Shown: positions 36,629 to 47,677 of the stretch, one piece after another | Layout: the number at the start of each line of letters is the position of its first letter | Numbering within the stretch: the stretch's first letter is position 1 | Assembly (NCBI GenBank): GCA_035627015.1 | Contig: DASPMO010000054.1 | Coordinates: 32,136 to 96,135 of the forward strand | Origin: Thermoanaerobaculia bacterium | GTDB taxonomy: Bacteria > Acidobacteriota > Thermoanaerobaculia > Gp7-AA8 | Direction of reading: 5' to 3' | Length of the DNA: 64,000 nt | Position numbers and translations under genes: made by a program | Notes under the pieces: model-generated | Seen by the model: the letters and a program-made list of their open reading frames with translations, nothing else | Told to the model about the DNA's origin: nothing | The model's database searches: none

Positions 36629-38737
36629 TTACCTGGAACGCCGGGCACCGCGAGCAACCAGCAACACAGCAACCAGCAACGCTACCGCGGAGATCGCCCG
36701 CCCCCGCGTGAACGACTCCGGCAGATACACCAGCCGCACGCGATGCGCGCCCGCCGGCACGTACACGCCGAGGAAGGCGTGGTTGGCGTAGTGCGGCCGC
36801 ACGGCGCGGCCGTCGACGTAGGCGCGCCAGCCCGGCCAGTGGGTCTCGGAGATCACCACCCACCCCGCGCGCTGCATGGTGGCCTCGAGCTCGTACTCGA
36901 GTCCCCTGCGGCGGATGGAGACGCGTCCCGCCCCGTTGGGCGCGTCGTGCGGCTCGTATGCGTCCGTCTCAATCCAGACCGTGGAAGCGAACTCGGTGGC
37001 GTTCTTCATCTCCTCGGCCGCGTTCCCGCGCACGTAGCGCACGCGCTCCGGGACGAACGCGCGCGGCAGGACGCGCGGGTTCTCGAGCAGGCGCGTGTCG
37101 CGGTCGGCGGCGCGGACGCTCCAGCCGGGCGGCACGGCCACGTTCCCGTGCGCCAGCGCGTAGCGGATATTGAGAAAGGAGAGAAACGGCCGCGAGAGGT
37201 CGTCGACGGCGTTGAACCAGGCCCGCTGATAGCGTGACCAGAGCGGATACGTCTCGTAGAGGCGCACGAAGGTCATGGCCTGGTAGCCGCGGGCATCCTC
37301 CAGCTCGTAGAGGGCGGCGTTGTTCGGGATGAGCGCGGAGCCGGCGCCGGTGAAGCGCGCGTCCTTGGGGATGCTCGCCAGGAGCGGCACGCGCGGGTAG
37401 AAGACGCGCTTGTCGAGGGCGGGATAAAAGTCGCCGTCCTCGTTCACCCGCTCCAGGAGCACGAGCGCGAGCAGCGCGATGGCGAAGCCGCGCTTCGGAA
37501 TGCGGTCGACGGCCATCGCCGCCAGCATGGCCATGGCGAACGCCGCCGCGAACGCCAGCCGCTCGTTGATGGCGATGTCGAACAGCGGCAGCGCGTGCAG
37601 CGCGTGCGCGACCGGCCACGTCCCGAAGGTGGCCAGGAGGCAGACGACGGCCATGACGCCCCACCCCCAGGCCCTCCTCTGAAACAGCGCCGCGACCGCG
37701 AGCAGCATCACCACCACCCCCACGCGCGCCGACAGCGGATCCCATCCCGGCCTGTTCGACTCCCCGTGCGAGAAGGGGACGAACGTCTTCACCATCCGCT
37801 CCCGCCGCACCTCCGGCGAGACGATCACGTCGTAGCTCGTCGGTGCATACAGCTCCCGCCGGATCTTGTACTCCAGCGTCTCCGGCGCCGCCTCCGCAAA
37901 CGGCAGCAGATAAATCGCCCCCAGCGCCAACGCCATGAGCCCCGCAAAGAACGCGGAGCGTGCTGAACGTAGGTCGGGCTTCAGCCCGACCCCATACACC
38001 GCCCCCACGGCCACCACATGCAGCACCGACTCCGGATGCCCGGAGAAGATCACCAGCACGAACGCCGCGGTGAGCAGCACCCACCGCCGCTCCCGCACCG
38101 CGAACAGCACCAGCGGCAGCCAGGCCCACGTCCGCGCCAGCGGCCAGCCGACGAAGAAGGCCATCATCCCGCAGAAGGTGAACCCGGCCGCCGCCACCAG
38201 CGCGGCGATCTCCTTCAGCCCCGTCGCACGCGCGAACGCGAACGTGAAGAACGCCGCGATGAAGAAGGTCATCGAAGCGCCGAACGTCAGCGCGTCCGGC
38301 AGCGGCAGCAGAAATCCGAGGAGCTGCAGCGGGTCGTACACGGCCGGCTGTGCCGCCGCGGCCAGGATGTCGCCGTTGAGGATGAACGGATTCCAGAGCG
38401 GCCATTCCCCCTGCGACCATGCCCAGCGCACCGCCTTCTGCCACGGGATGATCTGGCAGTGCAGGTCCGAGAGCGCGATCTCGTGCGGCCGCGCCACCCC
38501 GAAGTCGCGCGCATAGTCGCGCAACGGCTCCGCCGTGAACGGCAGGTCGATCGGCGCGTAGACCCGCCCCGTGAGCATCGCCTTCCCCGTGAAGACGAGC
38601 GGCAGCGCGATCAGCGCGATCGCCGCGGCCACGCTCACGCGCTGGACGAACCGGCTCCAGAGGAAGGAGACGGCCGCGGTGGTGATCAGGTACAGAGCGA
38701 GGGCCAAAGCGTGCGGGAGTCTAGACGAGAGGCTCAC
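36629..38737 (-). CDS. Large polytopic membrane protein, YfhO-like; tandem paralog 2
   Basis: 702 aa with blocks collinear to paralog 1 (WNPFILNGDILAAAAQPAVYDPLQLLGFLLP vs WNPYLLCGTILAANMQAAPYDAVQLLGLLLP). In-frame REP (GLKPDLRSARSA). Its start codon lies inside octamer repeat array A. Confidence 0.6.
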   Translation of the reverse strand: MSLSSRLPHALALALYLITTAAVSFLWSRFVQRVSVAAAIALIALPLVFTGKAMLTGRVYAPIDLPFTAEPLRDYARDFGVARPHEIALSDLHCQIIPWQKAVRWAWSQGEWPLWNPFILNGDILAAAAQPAVYDPLQLLGFLLPLPDALTFGASMTFFIAAFFTFAFARATGLKEIAALVAAAGFTFCGMMAFFVGWPLARTWAWLPLVLFAVRERRWVLLTAAFVLVIFSGHPESVLHVVAVGAVYGVGLKPDLRSARSAFFAGLMALALGAIYLLPFAEAAPETLEYKIRRELYAPTSYDVIVSPEVRRERMVKTFVPFSHGESNRPGWDPLSARVGVVVMLLAVAALFQRRAWGWGVMAVVCLLATFGTWPVAHALHALPLFDIAINERLAFAAAFAMAMLAAMAVDRIPKRGFAIALLALVLLERVNEDGDFYPALDKRVFYPRVPLLASIPKDARFTGAGSALIPNNAALYELEDARGYQAMTFVRLYETYPLWSRYQRAWFNAVDDLSRPFLSFLNIRYALAHGNVAVPPGWSVRAADRDTRLLENPRVLPRAFVPERVRYVRGNAAEEMKNATEFASTVWIETDAYEPHDAPNGAGRVSIRRRGLEYELEATMQRAGWVVISETHWPGWRAYVDGRAVRPHYANHAFLGVYVPAGAHRVRLVYLPESFTRGRAISAVALLVAVLLVARGARRSR
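37966..37994. repeat. Family-B REP hairpin, intragenic and in-frame
   Basis: GAACGTAGGTCGGGCTTCAGCCCGACCCC. Confidence 0.6.
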
Positions 38738-38850
38738 AGGCTCATAGGCTCACAGGCTCATAGGCTCACAGGCTCATAGGCTCATAGGCTCACAGGTATA
38801 CAGGAGCTCCTGTGAGCCTGTGTGCCTGTGAACCTGTGAGCCTCGACCGA
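38725..38850. repeat. Octamer inverted array A: (CTCAyAGG)x8 ... center ... (CCTGTGAG)x4
   Basis: Tandem 8-bp units arranged head-to-head, able to form a long periodic hairpin. Confidence 0.7.
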
Positions 38851-38997
38851 CGCCAGTTCCTCCAAGCCGCCGCCCTCGCCGCGGCGGGGGGGTGAAGGGT
38901 GGCAAACATCTGAGGCCCGGCGCGCCCGGCATCGCGAAGGTCGAGCTCAGCGACGACGGCGGAAAGCGTGGCATTCCGTCGAGGTCGAGGTGACGGC

Positions 38998-39296
38998 ATG
39001 ATCCGCCTCCTGCTCTTCCTCCTGGCCGCGCTGCCGCAGCCCTCCACGCAGTTCAAGCAGCTCCCGCCCGGCGCCGGGAAAGCCCAGGTCGAGGCCGCCT
39101 GCTACCAGTGCCACGCCGCCGACCTCCTCGCCAGCAGCGCCTCACCGAAAAGCAATGGCTCGCCTCGGTCGAGAAGATGATCCGCTGGGGCGCCGACGGC
39201 CCGCCGAAAGACAAGGACGTCATCGTCCGCTACCTGGCGAAGCACTACGGGCCGGGGAACAAGTTCACGCCGACGAAGATCGCGCCGGTGAAGTAG
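38998..39296 (+). pseudogene. Small c-type cytochrome (CxxCH) disrupted by a single-base frameshift (or sequencing error)
   Basis: MIRLLLFLLAALP...AACYQCHAADLLASS ends at about 39130. The reading frame continues in another frame as QRLTEKQWLASVEKMIRWGADGPPKDKDVIVRYLAKHYGPGNKF. Confidence 0.5.
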
Positions 39297-39362
39297 GCGC
39301 ATAGGCACATAGGCTCATAGGAGCCCCTGTGAGCCTATGAGCCTATGAACCTATATCCCTAC
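39295..39362. repeat. Octamer inverted array B: (CATAGGCn)x3 ... (CCTATGAG/CCTGTGAG)x4
   Basis: Same CTCATAGG/CCTATGAG unit as arrays A and C. Together with A it flanks the cytochrome c pseudogene. Confidence 0.7.
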
Positions 39363-39416
39363 ATCCCGTAGAACGGGAACACGATCCCCCCGCCCGGAGT
39401 TAGATTGGTTCCTCAC

Positions 39417-42290
<2,874 letters not shown>

Positions 42291-42291
42291 G

Positions 42292-42545
42292 GCGGTTCCA
42301 CGCGCGTGTGTCCCGCGGGATCACGCGTGCATCCGCGGGAAACACGCGTGTATCCGCGAGGAACACGCGTGCATTCGCGGGACACAGGCGTGCGTCCACG
42401 GAAAACACGCGTGTGTCTTACGGGAAACACGCGTGTGTCCTTGGAAAACACGCATGTGTCCACGGGAAACACGCGTCTGTCCGCGGGAAACGCGCATGTG
42501 TCCCGGAGGGCACACGCACGAGGCTTGCGGGACACGACGCTGAAA
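42292..42545. repeat. Tandem array of about 10 copies of a 21-bp double-palindrome unit CACGCGTG-TG-TCCCGCGGGA-AA
   Basis: Direct head-to-tail copies with point variants. No intervening spacers, so not a CRISPR array. Confidence 0.8.
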
Positions 42546-42642
42546 CCGGCTGCCAAACCGCAGGATTCTGCCTGCCCGCTGGTGCACTGCCCGGAACCAC
42601 GGCGATGCCCTCACGCCGGGCAACGACATTTCATTTGTCCCT

Positions 42643-43287
42643 TTGGGAACAATGTTCCTTCCCCCGCGGGTTCGCCCGCACATGCCGCACAAGATCTTCC
42701 TGGTTTCGCCCGCCAACCTGAGCGGGCTGCGGGCGAAGCAGCTCGCGTCGCCGCGGGCGAAGTTCCAGACGGCGCTGCGGTACCAGTCCCCCGAGGGGGT
42801 GCCGATCGCGGACGCGTTCGCGTTCATGAGCGCCCTCTACTTCCGCGGGAAGATCGCCTATGCGCGGCATTTTGCCGATCCGCCGGACGGGGTCCTGATC
42901 ATCACCTCGGGGTACGGCCTGGTGCCGCCGGACTGGCCGCTCAACGAGGAGCGGCTGAAGCGGATGAAGAAGATCGACGTCGACGTGGCGTCGCGCAGCT
43001 ACACCAAGCCGCTCCGCGACCACGCGAAGCAGCTCGCGTCGATGCTGCAGCCCGACGCGCAGGTGGTGCTCCTCGGCAGCGTGGCCACGGGCAAGTACGT
43101 CGACGTGCTCAAGCCGATCCTCGGTCCCTGGCTGCGCTTCCCGAAGCTCTTCGCCGGCCTCGGCGACATGGCCCGCGGCGGCCTGATGCTCCGCGCCGTG
43201 CGCGCCAACCACGAGCTCGAGTACACCACCCTCGACGCACCGCGGCACCGCACCGGCGGGAGCGGTAAGATGCCGGAGACGTGGTAG
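42643..43287 (+). CDS. Hypothetical protein (about 200 aa); alternative start at 42682
   Basis: Coding-like composition and in-line with downstream genes. No recognisable motif. Confidence 0.4.
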   Translation: MGTMFLPPRVRPHMPHKIFLVSPANLSGLRAKQLASPRAKFQTALRYQSPEGVPIADAFAFMSALYFRGKIAYARHFADPPDGVLIITSGYGLVPPDWPLNEERLKRMKKIDVDVASRSYTKPLRDHAKQLASMLQPDAQVVLLGSVATGKYVDVLKPILGPWLRFPKLFAGLGDMARGGLMLRAVRANHELEYTTLDAPRHRTGGSGKMPETW

Positions 43288-43931
43288 CGATTGCCTGCGT
43301 GCTCTTCCCCGGCTTCACCCAGCTCGACCTGACGGGCCCGTACGAGATCTTCCACCGCCTTCCCGACGCCGACGTACAGCTCGTCGCGGCGACGGCCGAG
43401 CCGGTGAGCAGTGAAGGGGGCCTCTCGATCGTGCCGACGATGACGTTCGCGGAAATGGGCGGCTGCAACATCCTCTTCGTCCCCGGCGGCCCGGGGGTGA
43501 ACGCGGCCATGCTGGACGAGGAGCTGATCGCCTTCCTGCAGCGCCACGGCGAGCGGGCGCAGTGGGTGACGTCGGCCTGCACCGGCGCGCTGCTCCTCGG
43601 CGCGGCGGGGCTGCTGGCCGGCTTCGAGGCCGGGACGCACTGGGCCTCGATGGAGTTCCTGCAGGCCTTCGGCGCCTGGCCGAAAGAGGAGCGCGTGGTC
43701 GTGAGCGGGAACCGCATCACCGGCGGCGGCGTCAGCGCGGGGATCGACATCGCACTGCGCATCGCCGAGGAGACGCATGGCCGCCGCGTGGCCGAGGAGA
43801 TCCGCGCTGCCATCGAGTACGGAGAGCCGGCGCGCGAGGAGGTGCGCGAGGCGGTGCTGCGCCGCATGGAAGCGATGAAGCAACTGCGGCGGCGCGCGGT
43901 GGAAGAGGCGGCGCGGAAGCTGAGCTCGTAA
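43281..43931 (+). CDS. DJ-1/PfpI-family protein (class I glutamine-amidotransferase-like fold)
   Basis: VVAIACVLFPGFTQLDLTGP...VTSACTGALLLGAAGLL (nucleophile-elbow Cys)...GGGVSAGIDIAL. Confidence 0.8.
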   Translation: MVAIACVLFPGFTQLDLTGPYEIFHRLPDADVQLVAATAEPVSSEGGLSIVPTMTFAEMGGCNILFVPGGPGVNAAMLDEELIAFLQRHGERAQWVTSACTGALLLGAAGLLAGFEAGTHWASMEFLQAFGAWPKEERVVVSGNRITGGGVSAGIDIALRIAEETHGRRVAEEIRAAIEYGEPAREEVREAVLRRMEAMKQLRRRAVEEAARKLSS

Positions 43932-43980
43932 AGCGATACGCTTTCTGCCATCTGGCCCGCTGACTGCTAAGCTCGACTTC

Positions 43981-44919
43981 GTGGCGAAGTCGCAGGTCGT
44001 CATCCCAACCGATGCAGTGGACGTGATCCTGGGGTTCGGCGACCGCGAGGTGCGCCTGACGAACCTCCGCAAGCCGTTCTGGAAGAAGCTCGGCATCACC
44101 AAGCGCGACCTGCTGCAGTACTACGCCGATGTCTCGCAGTGGCTGCTGCCGCACCTGCACGACCGGGCCATGGTCATGAAGCGCTACCCCAACGGCGCGG
44201 AGGGGGACTTCTTCTACATGAAGCGCGCGCCCGACCCGCGGCCGGAGTGGATCGAGATCTGCGACATCGACCACGGCTCGGCGGGGCGCATCAACTTCCC
44301 GATCGTGCAGGACCTGCCGTCGCTGCTCTGGCTGATCAACCTCGGCTGTATCGATCTCAACCCGTGGTACTCGCGCTGCGGCGACACGGACCGCCCCGAC
44401 TTTCTGCACTTTGATCTGGATCCGGGTCCGGGCGCGAACTTCGCCCGCGTGCGCGAGGTGGCCCTGCGCACGCGCGACATCCTCGCCTCGCTGCAGATCC
44501 CGACGTATCCGAAGACCACCGGCTCGAAGGGCATCCACGTCTACATCCCCATCAAGCTCGGGCCGACGCAGAAGGAAGTGTGGGCCTTCGCCAAGGCCCT
44601 GGCCCTCGAGCTCGAGAAACGCCATCCGAAGATCATCACCGCCGAGTACCGCAAGGTGAACCGTCCCTACGGCCGCGTGCTCGTCGACTACAACCAGAAC
44701 GCGTGGGGCCGCACGCTGGCCTCCATCTACTCCATCCGCCCGACCTCGTTCGCCGGCGCGTCGATGCCGGTGACGTGGGAGGAAGTGGAAGGGGGCGTGA
44801 GCGTGGACGACTTCCGCATCGACAACGCCCTCGAGCGGCTGCGCGAGGTGGGCGACCTCTGGAAGCCGGTCGTGGCGAAGACGAAGCGCGTCGACCTTTA
44901 CAAGGTGTTCCGCAAATGA
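43981..44919 (+). CDS. NHEJ LigD polymerase/primase domain protein (stand-alone)
   Basis: ...VMKRYPNGAEGDFFYMKRAP...LHFDLDP...KTTGSKGIHVYIPI... blocks typical of LigD Pol/PrimPol. Confidence 0.85.
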   Translation: MAKSQVVIPTDAVDVILGFGDREVRLTNLRKPFWKKLGITKRDLLQYYADVSQWLLPHLHDRAMVMKRYPNGAEGDFFYMKRAPDPRPEWIEICDIDHGSAGRINFPIVQDLPSLLWLINLGCIDLNPWYSRCGDTDRPDFLHFDLDPGPGANFARVREVALRTRDILASLQIPTYPKTTGSKGIHVYIPIKLGPTQKEVWAFAKALALELEKRHPKIITAEYRKVNRPYGRVLVDYNQNAWGRTLASIYSIRPTSFAGASMPVTWEEVEGGVSVDDFRIDNALERLREVGDLWKPVVAKTKRVDLYKVFRK

Positions 44920-45950
44920 CCTTACCGATCCACCCTCCGTACGCGCCGATGGAAGCGAAGCGCGTCGACAAGATCCCTACCGGCGACCACTGGCAGTTCG
45001 AGCCGAAGTGGGACGGCTTCCGGGCCATCGTCTTCCGCGACGGCAACGACGTGTACGTGCAGTCGAAGGCCGGCCAGCCGCTGGCGCGCTACTTCCCCGA
45101 GGTCGTGGAAGCGGCGCTGCAACTGAAGCAGAAACAGTTCGTGCTCGACGGCGAGATCGTCGTGCCGGTGGGCGGCACGCTCTCCTTCGACGACCTGCTG
45201 CAGCGCATCCATCCCGCCGAGTCGCGCATCCGCAAGCTCGCCGAGACGACGCCGGCGCACTACTACGTCTTCGACCTGCTGGCCCTGAAGACGAAGGACT
45301 TCACCAAGCTGCCGATCGAGGACCGCCGCGACAAGCTGGAGGAGCTCTTCGAGTCGGTGAAGCACGAGCTCGTGCATCTCTCTCCCGCGACGCAGGACCG
45401 CAAGCTGGCCCTGGAGTGGTTCAAGAAGTTCGGCGCGGTCGGGCTGGACGGCGTGATGGCCAAGCGCCTCGGCGAGCCGTACCACTCTGGCGATCGCGAG
45501 GGGATGGTCAAGGTCAAGCACCTCAAGACCGCGGACTGCGTCGTCGGCGGCTTCCGATATGGAGAAGGGACGAAGACCGTCGGCTCGCTCCTCCTCGGTC
45601 TCTACGACGATGAAGGGCGCCTGGTGCACATCGGCCACACCTCGTCGATCAAGCACGCCGACCGCGCCGAGCTGACGAAGAAGCTGGAGAAGCTGCGCGG
45701 GAAGAACCCGTTCGAGGTGCGCGTCCCCGGCGCGCCGAGCCGCTGGGCCAGCGAGAGGAGCAGCGAGTGGGAGCCGGTCAAGCCGAAGCTCGTCTGCGAG
45801 GTCGAGTACGACTATTTCTCCCAGGGCCGCTTCCGCCACGGCTCGAAGTTCCTGAGGTGGAGGCCGGACAAGGCGCCGGAGCAGTGCACGATGGAGCAGG
45901 TTTCCCCGAAACGCGCGAAAGGCAAGACGCTGGCAACGCTGTCATCCTGA
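44916..45950 (+). CDS. ATP-dependent DNA ligase (LigD ligase-domain type, stand-alone)
   Basis: KWDGFRAI (KxDG adenylation motif I), motifs ...DGEIVV..., ...VGLDGVMAKR..., OB domain. ATGA overlap with the Pol gene. Confidence 0.9.
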   Translation: MTLPIHPPYAPMEAKRVDKIPTGDHWQFEPKWDGFRAIVFRDGNDVYVQSKAGQPLARYFPEVVEAALQLKQKQFVLDGEIVVPVGGTLSFDDLLQRIHPAESRIRKLAETTPAHYYVFDLLALKTKDFTKLPIEDRRDKLEELFESVKHELVHLSPATQDRKLALEWFKKFGAVGLDGVMAKRLGEPYHSGDREGMVKVKHLKTADCVVGGFRYGEGTKTVGSLLLGLYDDEGRLVHIGHTSSIKHADRAELTKKLEKLRGKNPFEVRVPGAPSRWASERSSEWEPVKPKLVCEVEYDYFSQGRFRHGSKFLRWRPDKAPEQCTMEQVSPKRAKGKTLATLSS

Positions 45951-45952
45951 AG

Positions 45953-46030
45953 CCGCGTAGACGGCGAAGGATCCCCGCCTACGGAGCGAGCACGGGTTTC
46001 AGCAGGGGATCCTTCGCCGTCTACGCGGCT
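45953..46030 (+). terminator. GC-rich hairpin after the ligase gene (GCCGCGTAGACGGCGAAGGATCCCC ... GGGGATCCTTCGCCGTCTACGCGGC)
   Basis: 25-bp perfect stem immediately after the stop codon. No U-tract. Confidence 0.45.
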
Positions 46031-46119
46031 CAGGATGACAGGTTGCCTGAGTTCTGGGATTTCTCTGGGACGTGACGGCGCGGGGATGACGGGGGGCGGA
46101 CCCCTGGTTTTCACAGGGC

Positions 46120-47493
46120 GTGAAAAGACTGCTGGTTGTCGCGCTGTTCGCCTTTCCCGCGCTCGCGCAAACGGTTCGCATCACCGACAAGCCGTCCGGC
46201 CTCGTCAGCGGCGTGCTGAACGTCCCCGTGGTGGCCGAGGCGCCGGTGGAGCGGCTGGAGCTGCTCATCAACGGCGTGCCGTACACGCAGACCAGCGGCA
46301 CGCGCATGACCGCGCAGGTGAACGTCGGGCACTACATCCGCCGCATGCGCATGCGCGCGGTCGGTTATGACGCCGAAGGGAAAATCGTGGCCGAGGACGA
46401 GATGGTCGTGAACGATCCCCGTCCGCCGTTCCGCGTGAAGATGCAGGGACCGCAGCAGTGGCCGGAGAGCGGGAGCGCCGAGCTGCACGCGAACGTGCTC
46501 CGTCCCGCGGAGATCGTCATCAGCGGCGTCGACTTTTACATGGGGGAAGAGAAGGTCGGCACGGCCACGAGCGCGCCGTACCGCGTGAGCGTCGACGCGA
46601 CGAAGTTCCCCGGCGCGGTGTACGCGCGCGTGGTGGCGCGCAGCGCGCGCGGCGAGGAGGCGAACGACGTCTGGTTCTTCGGCGACCGCGCCCACCTGCA
46701 GACCGACGTCACGGTGCAGCAGATCCCGGTGTCGGTCGCGGACGGTGCGCCGCTGCGGGCGGACCAGCTCACGCTCCTCGACAACGGCACGCGCCGCAAC
46801 GTGGAGAACCTCGTCGCGGCCAGCGACCAGCCGCTGCACGTCATCCTGCTGATCGATTACTCGGAGTCGATGCTCGAGGAACTCCCGGTGGTCAAGGCGG
46901 CGGCCAAGGAGTTCGCGCGCAAGCTGCTGCGGCCGCAGGACCGCCTGGCCGTGGCCGGGTTCAACCAGCGCACGTTCTGGCTGACCGGCTACACGAACGA
47001 CTGGAACAGCGCCGCGGCGGCCGTGGACCGCGTGCAGCCGATCGGCGAGACGCACCTCTACGACAGCGTGATCGAGATGCTGTACCAGATCCAGAAAATC
47101 CCCGGACGCGCGGCGCTGGTCGTGCTCACGGACGGCGTCGACCAGGGGAGCACGTTCACGCTCGATCACCTCGTGCACTACGCGCGCTACGCCGGTGTGC
47201 CGGTCTACCCGGTGGTGAAGAACAAGTCGCTTTCGCGCTGGATGAAGCTCGGCGTGGGACGGCTGCAGGCCAAGCGCCTCGACCGCATCGCCGAGGACAC
47301 AGGGGCAACGTACTTCATCATCCAGAGCGAGCGCGAGCTGGAGCGCGTCTACACCCGCATCGCCCAGGAGCTGCGCCAGCAGTACCAGATCGTCTTCCAT
47401 TCCGAGGCCAACGTCCCGGACCAGTGGAGGTCGTTGCAGGTGGTGTCGGCTGGCGGGCAGAACCTTCGCGCTCCGAGAGGCTATTTTCCGTGA
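46120..47493 (+). CDS. Secreted von Willebrand factor type A (VWA) domain protein
   Basis: Signal VKRLLVVALFAFPALAQ. VILLIDYSESM...GETHLYDSV...LVVLTDGVD (MIDAS-like motifs). Confidence 0.8.
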   Translation: MKRLLVVALFAFPALAQTVRITDKPSGLVSGVLNVPVVAEAPVERLELLINGVPYTQTSGTRMTAQVNVGHYIRRMRMRAVGYDAEGKIVAEDEMVVNDPRPPFRVKMQGPQQWPESGSAELHANVLRPAEIVISGVDFYMGEEKVGTATSAPYRVSVDATKFPGAVYARVVARSARGEEANDVWFFGDRAHLQTDVTVQQIPVSVADGAPLRADQLTLLDNGTRRNVENLVAASDQPLHVILLIDYSESMLEELPVVKAAAKEFARKLLRPQDRLAVAGFNQRTFWLTGYTNDWNSAAAAVDRVQPIGETHLYDSVIEMLYQIQKIPGRAALVVLTDGVDQGSTFTLDHLVHYARYAGVPVYPVVKNKSLSRWMKLGVGRLQAKRLDRIAEDTGATYFIIQSERELERVYTRIAQELRQQYQIVFHSEANVPDQWRSLQVVSAGGQNLRAPRGYFP

Positions 47494-47547
47494 CGTAGGG
47501 CGGGCTTCAGCCCGCCCATGGACGGGCTGAAGCCCGTCCTACGTTGT
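47492..47547. repeat. Family-B REP hairpin pair, intergenic
   Basis: GACGTAGGGCGGGCTTCAGCCCGCCCATGGACGGGCTGAAGCCCGTCCTACGTT starts at the TGA of the VWA gene. Confidence 0.7.
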
Positions 47548-47677
47548 CCGGCATGACACGTGAACCAAGCGGCCTCGCGTGCCTGAACGCGGCTCACCGC
47601 TTTTCCCCGAGGCGCCCAAGCGCCATCGCATCCACGGCGGTCTGAGAACCGAGCGGCAGGAGCACATCTTCACGTGG

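Noticed and set aside
42292-42545. CRISPR array
   Set aside because: Repeats are directly adjacent with no spacers and no cas genes in the window. This is a tandem minisatellite or iteron-like array.
42306-43268. 320-aa ORF reading through the 21-bp array as a heptad-repeat (TRVxPRx) protein
   Set aside because: Wrong frame relative to the downstream gene. The post-repeat sequence is Arg/Ala junk with no RBS. 21 bp = 7 codons makes any frame look repetitive.
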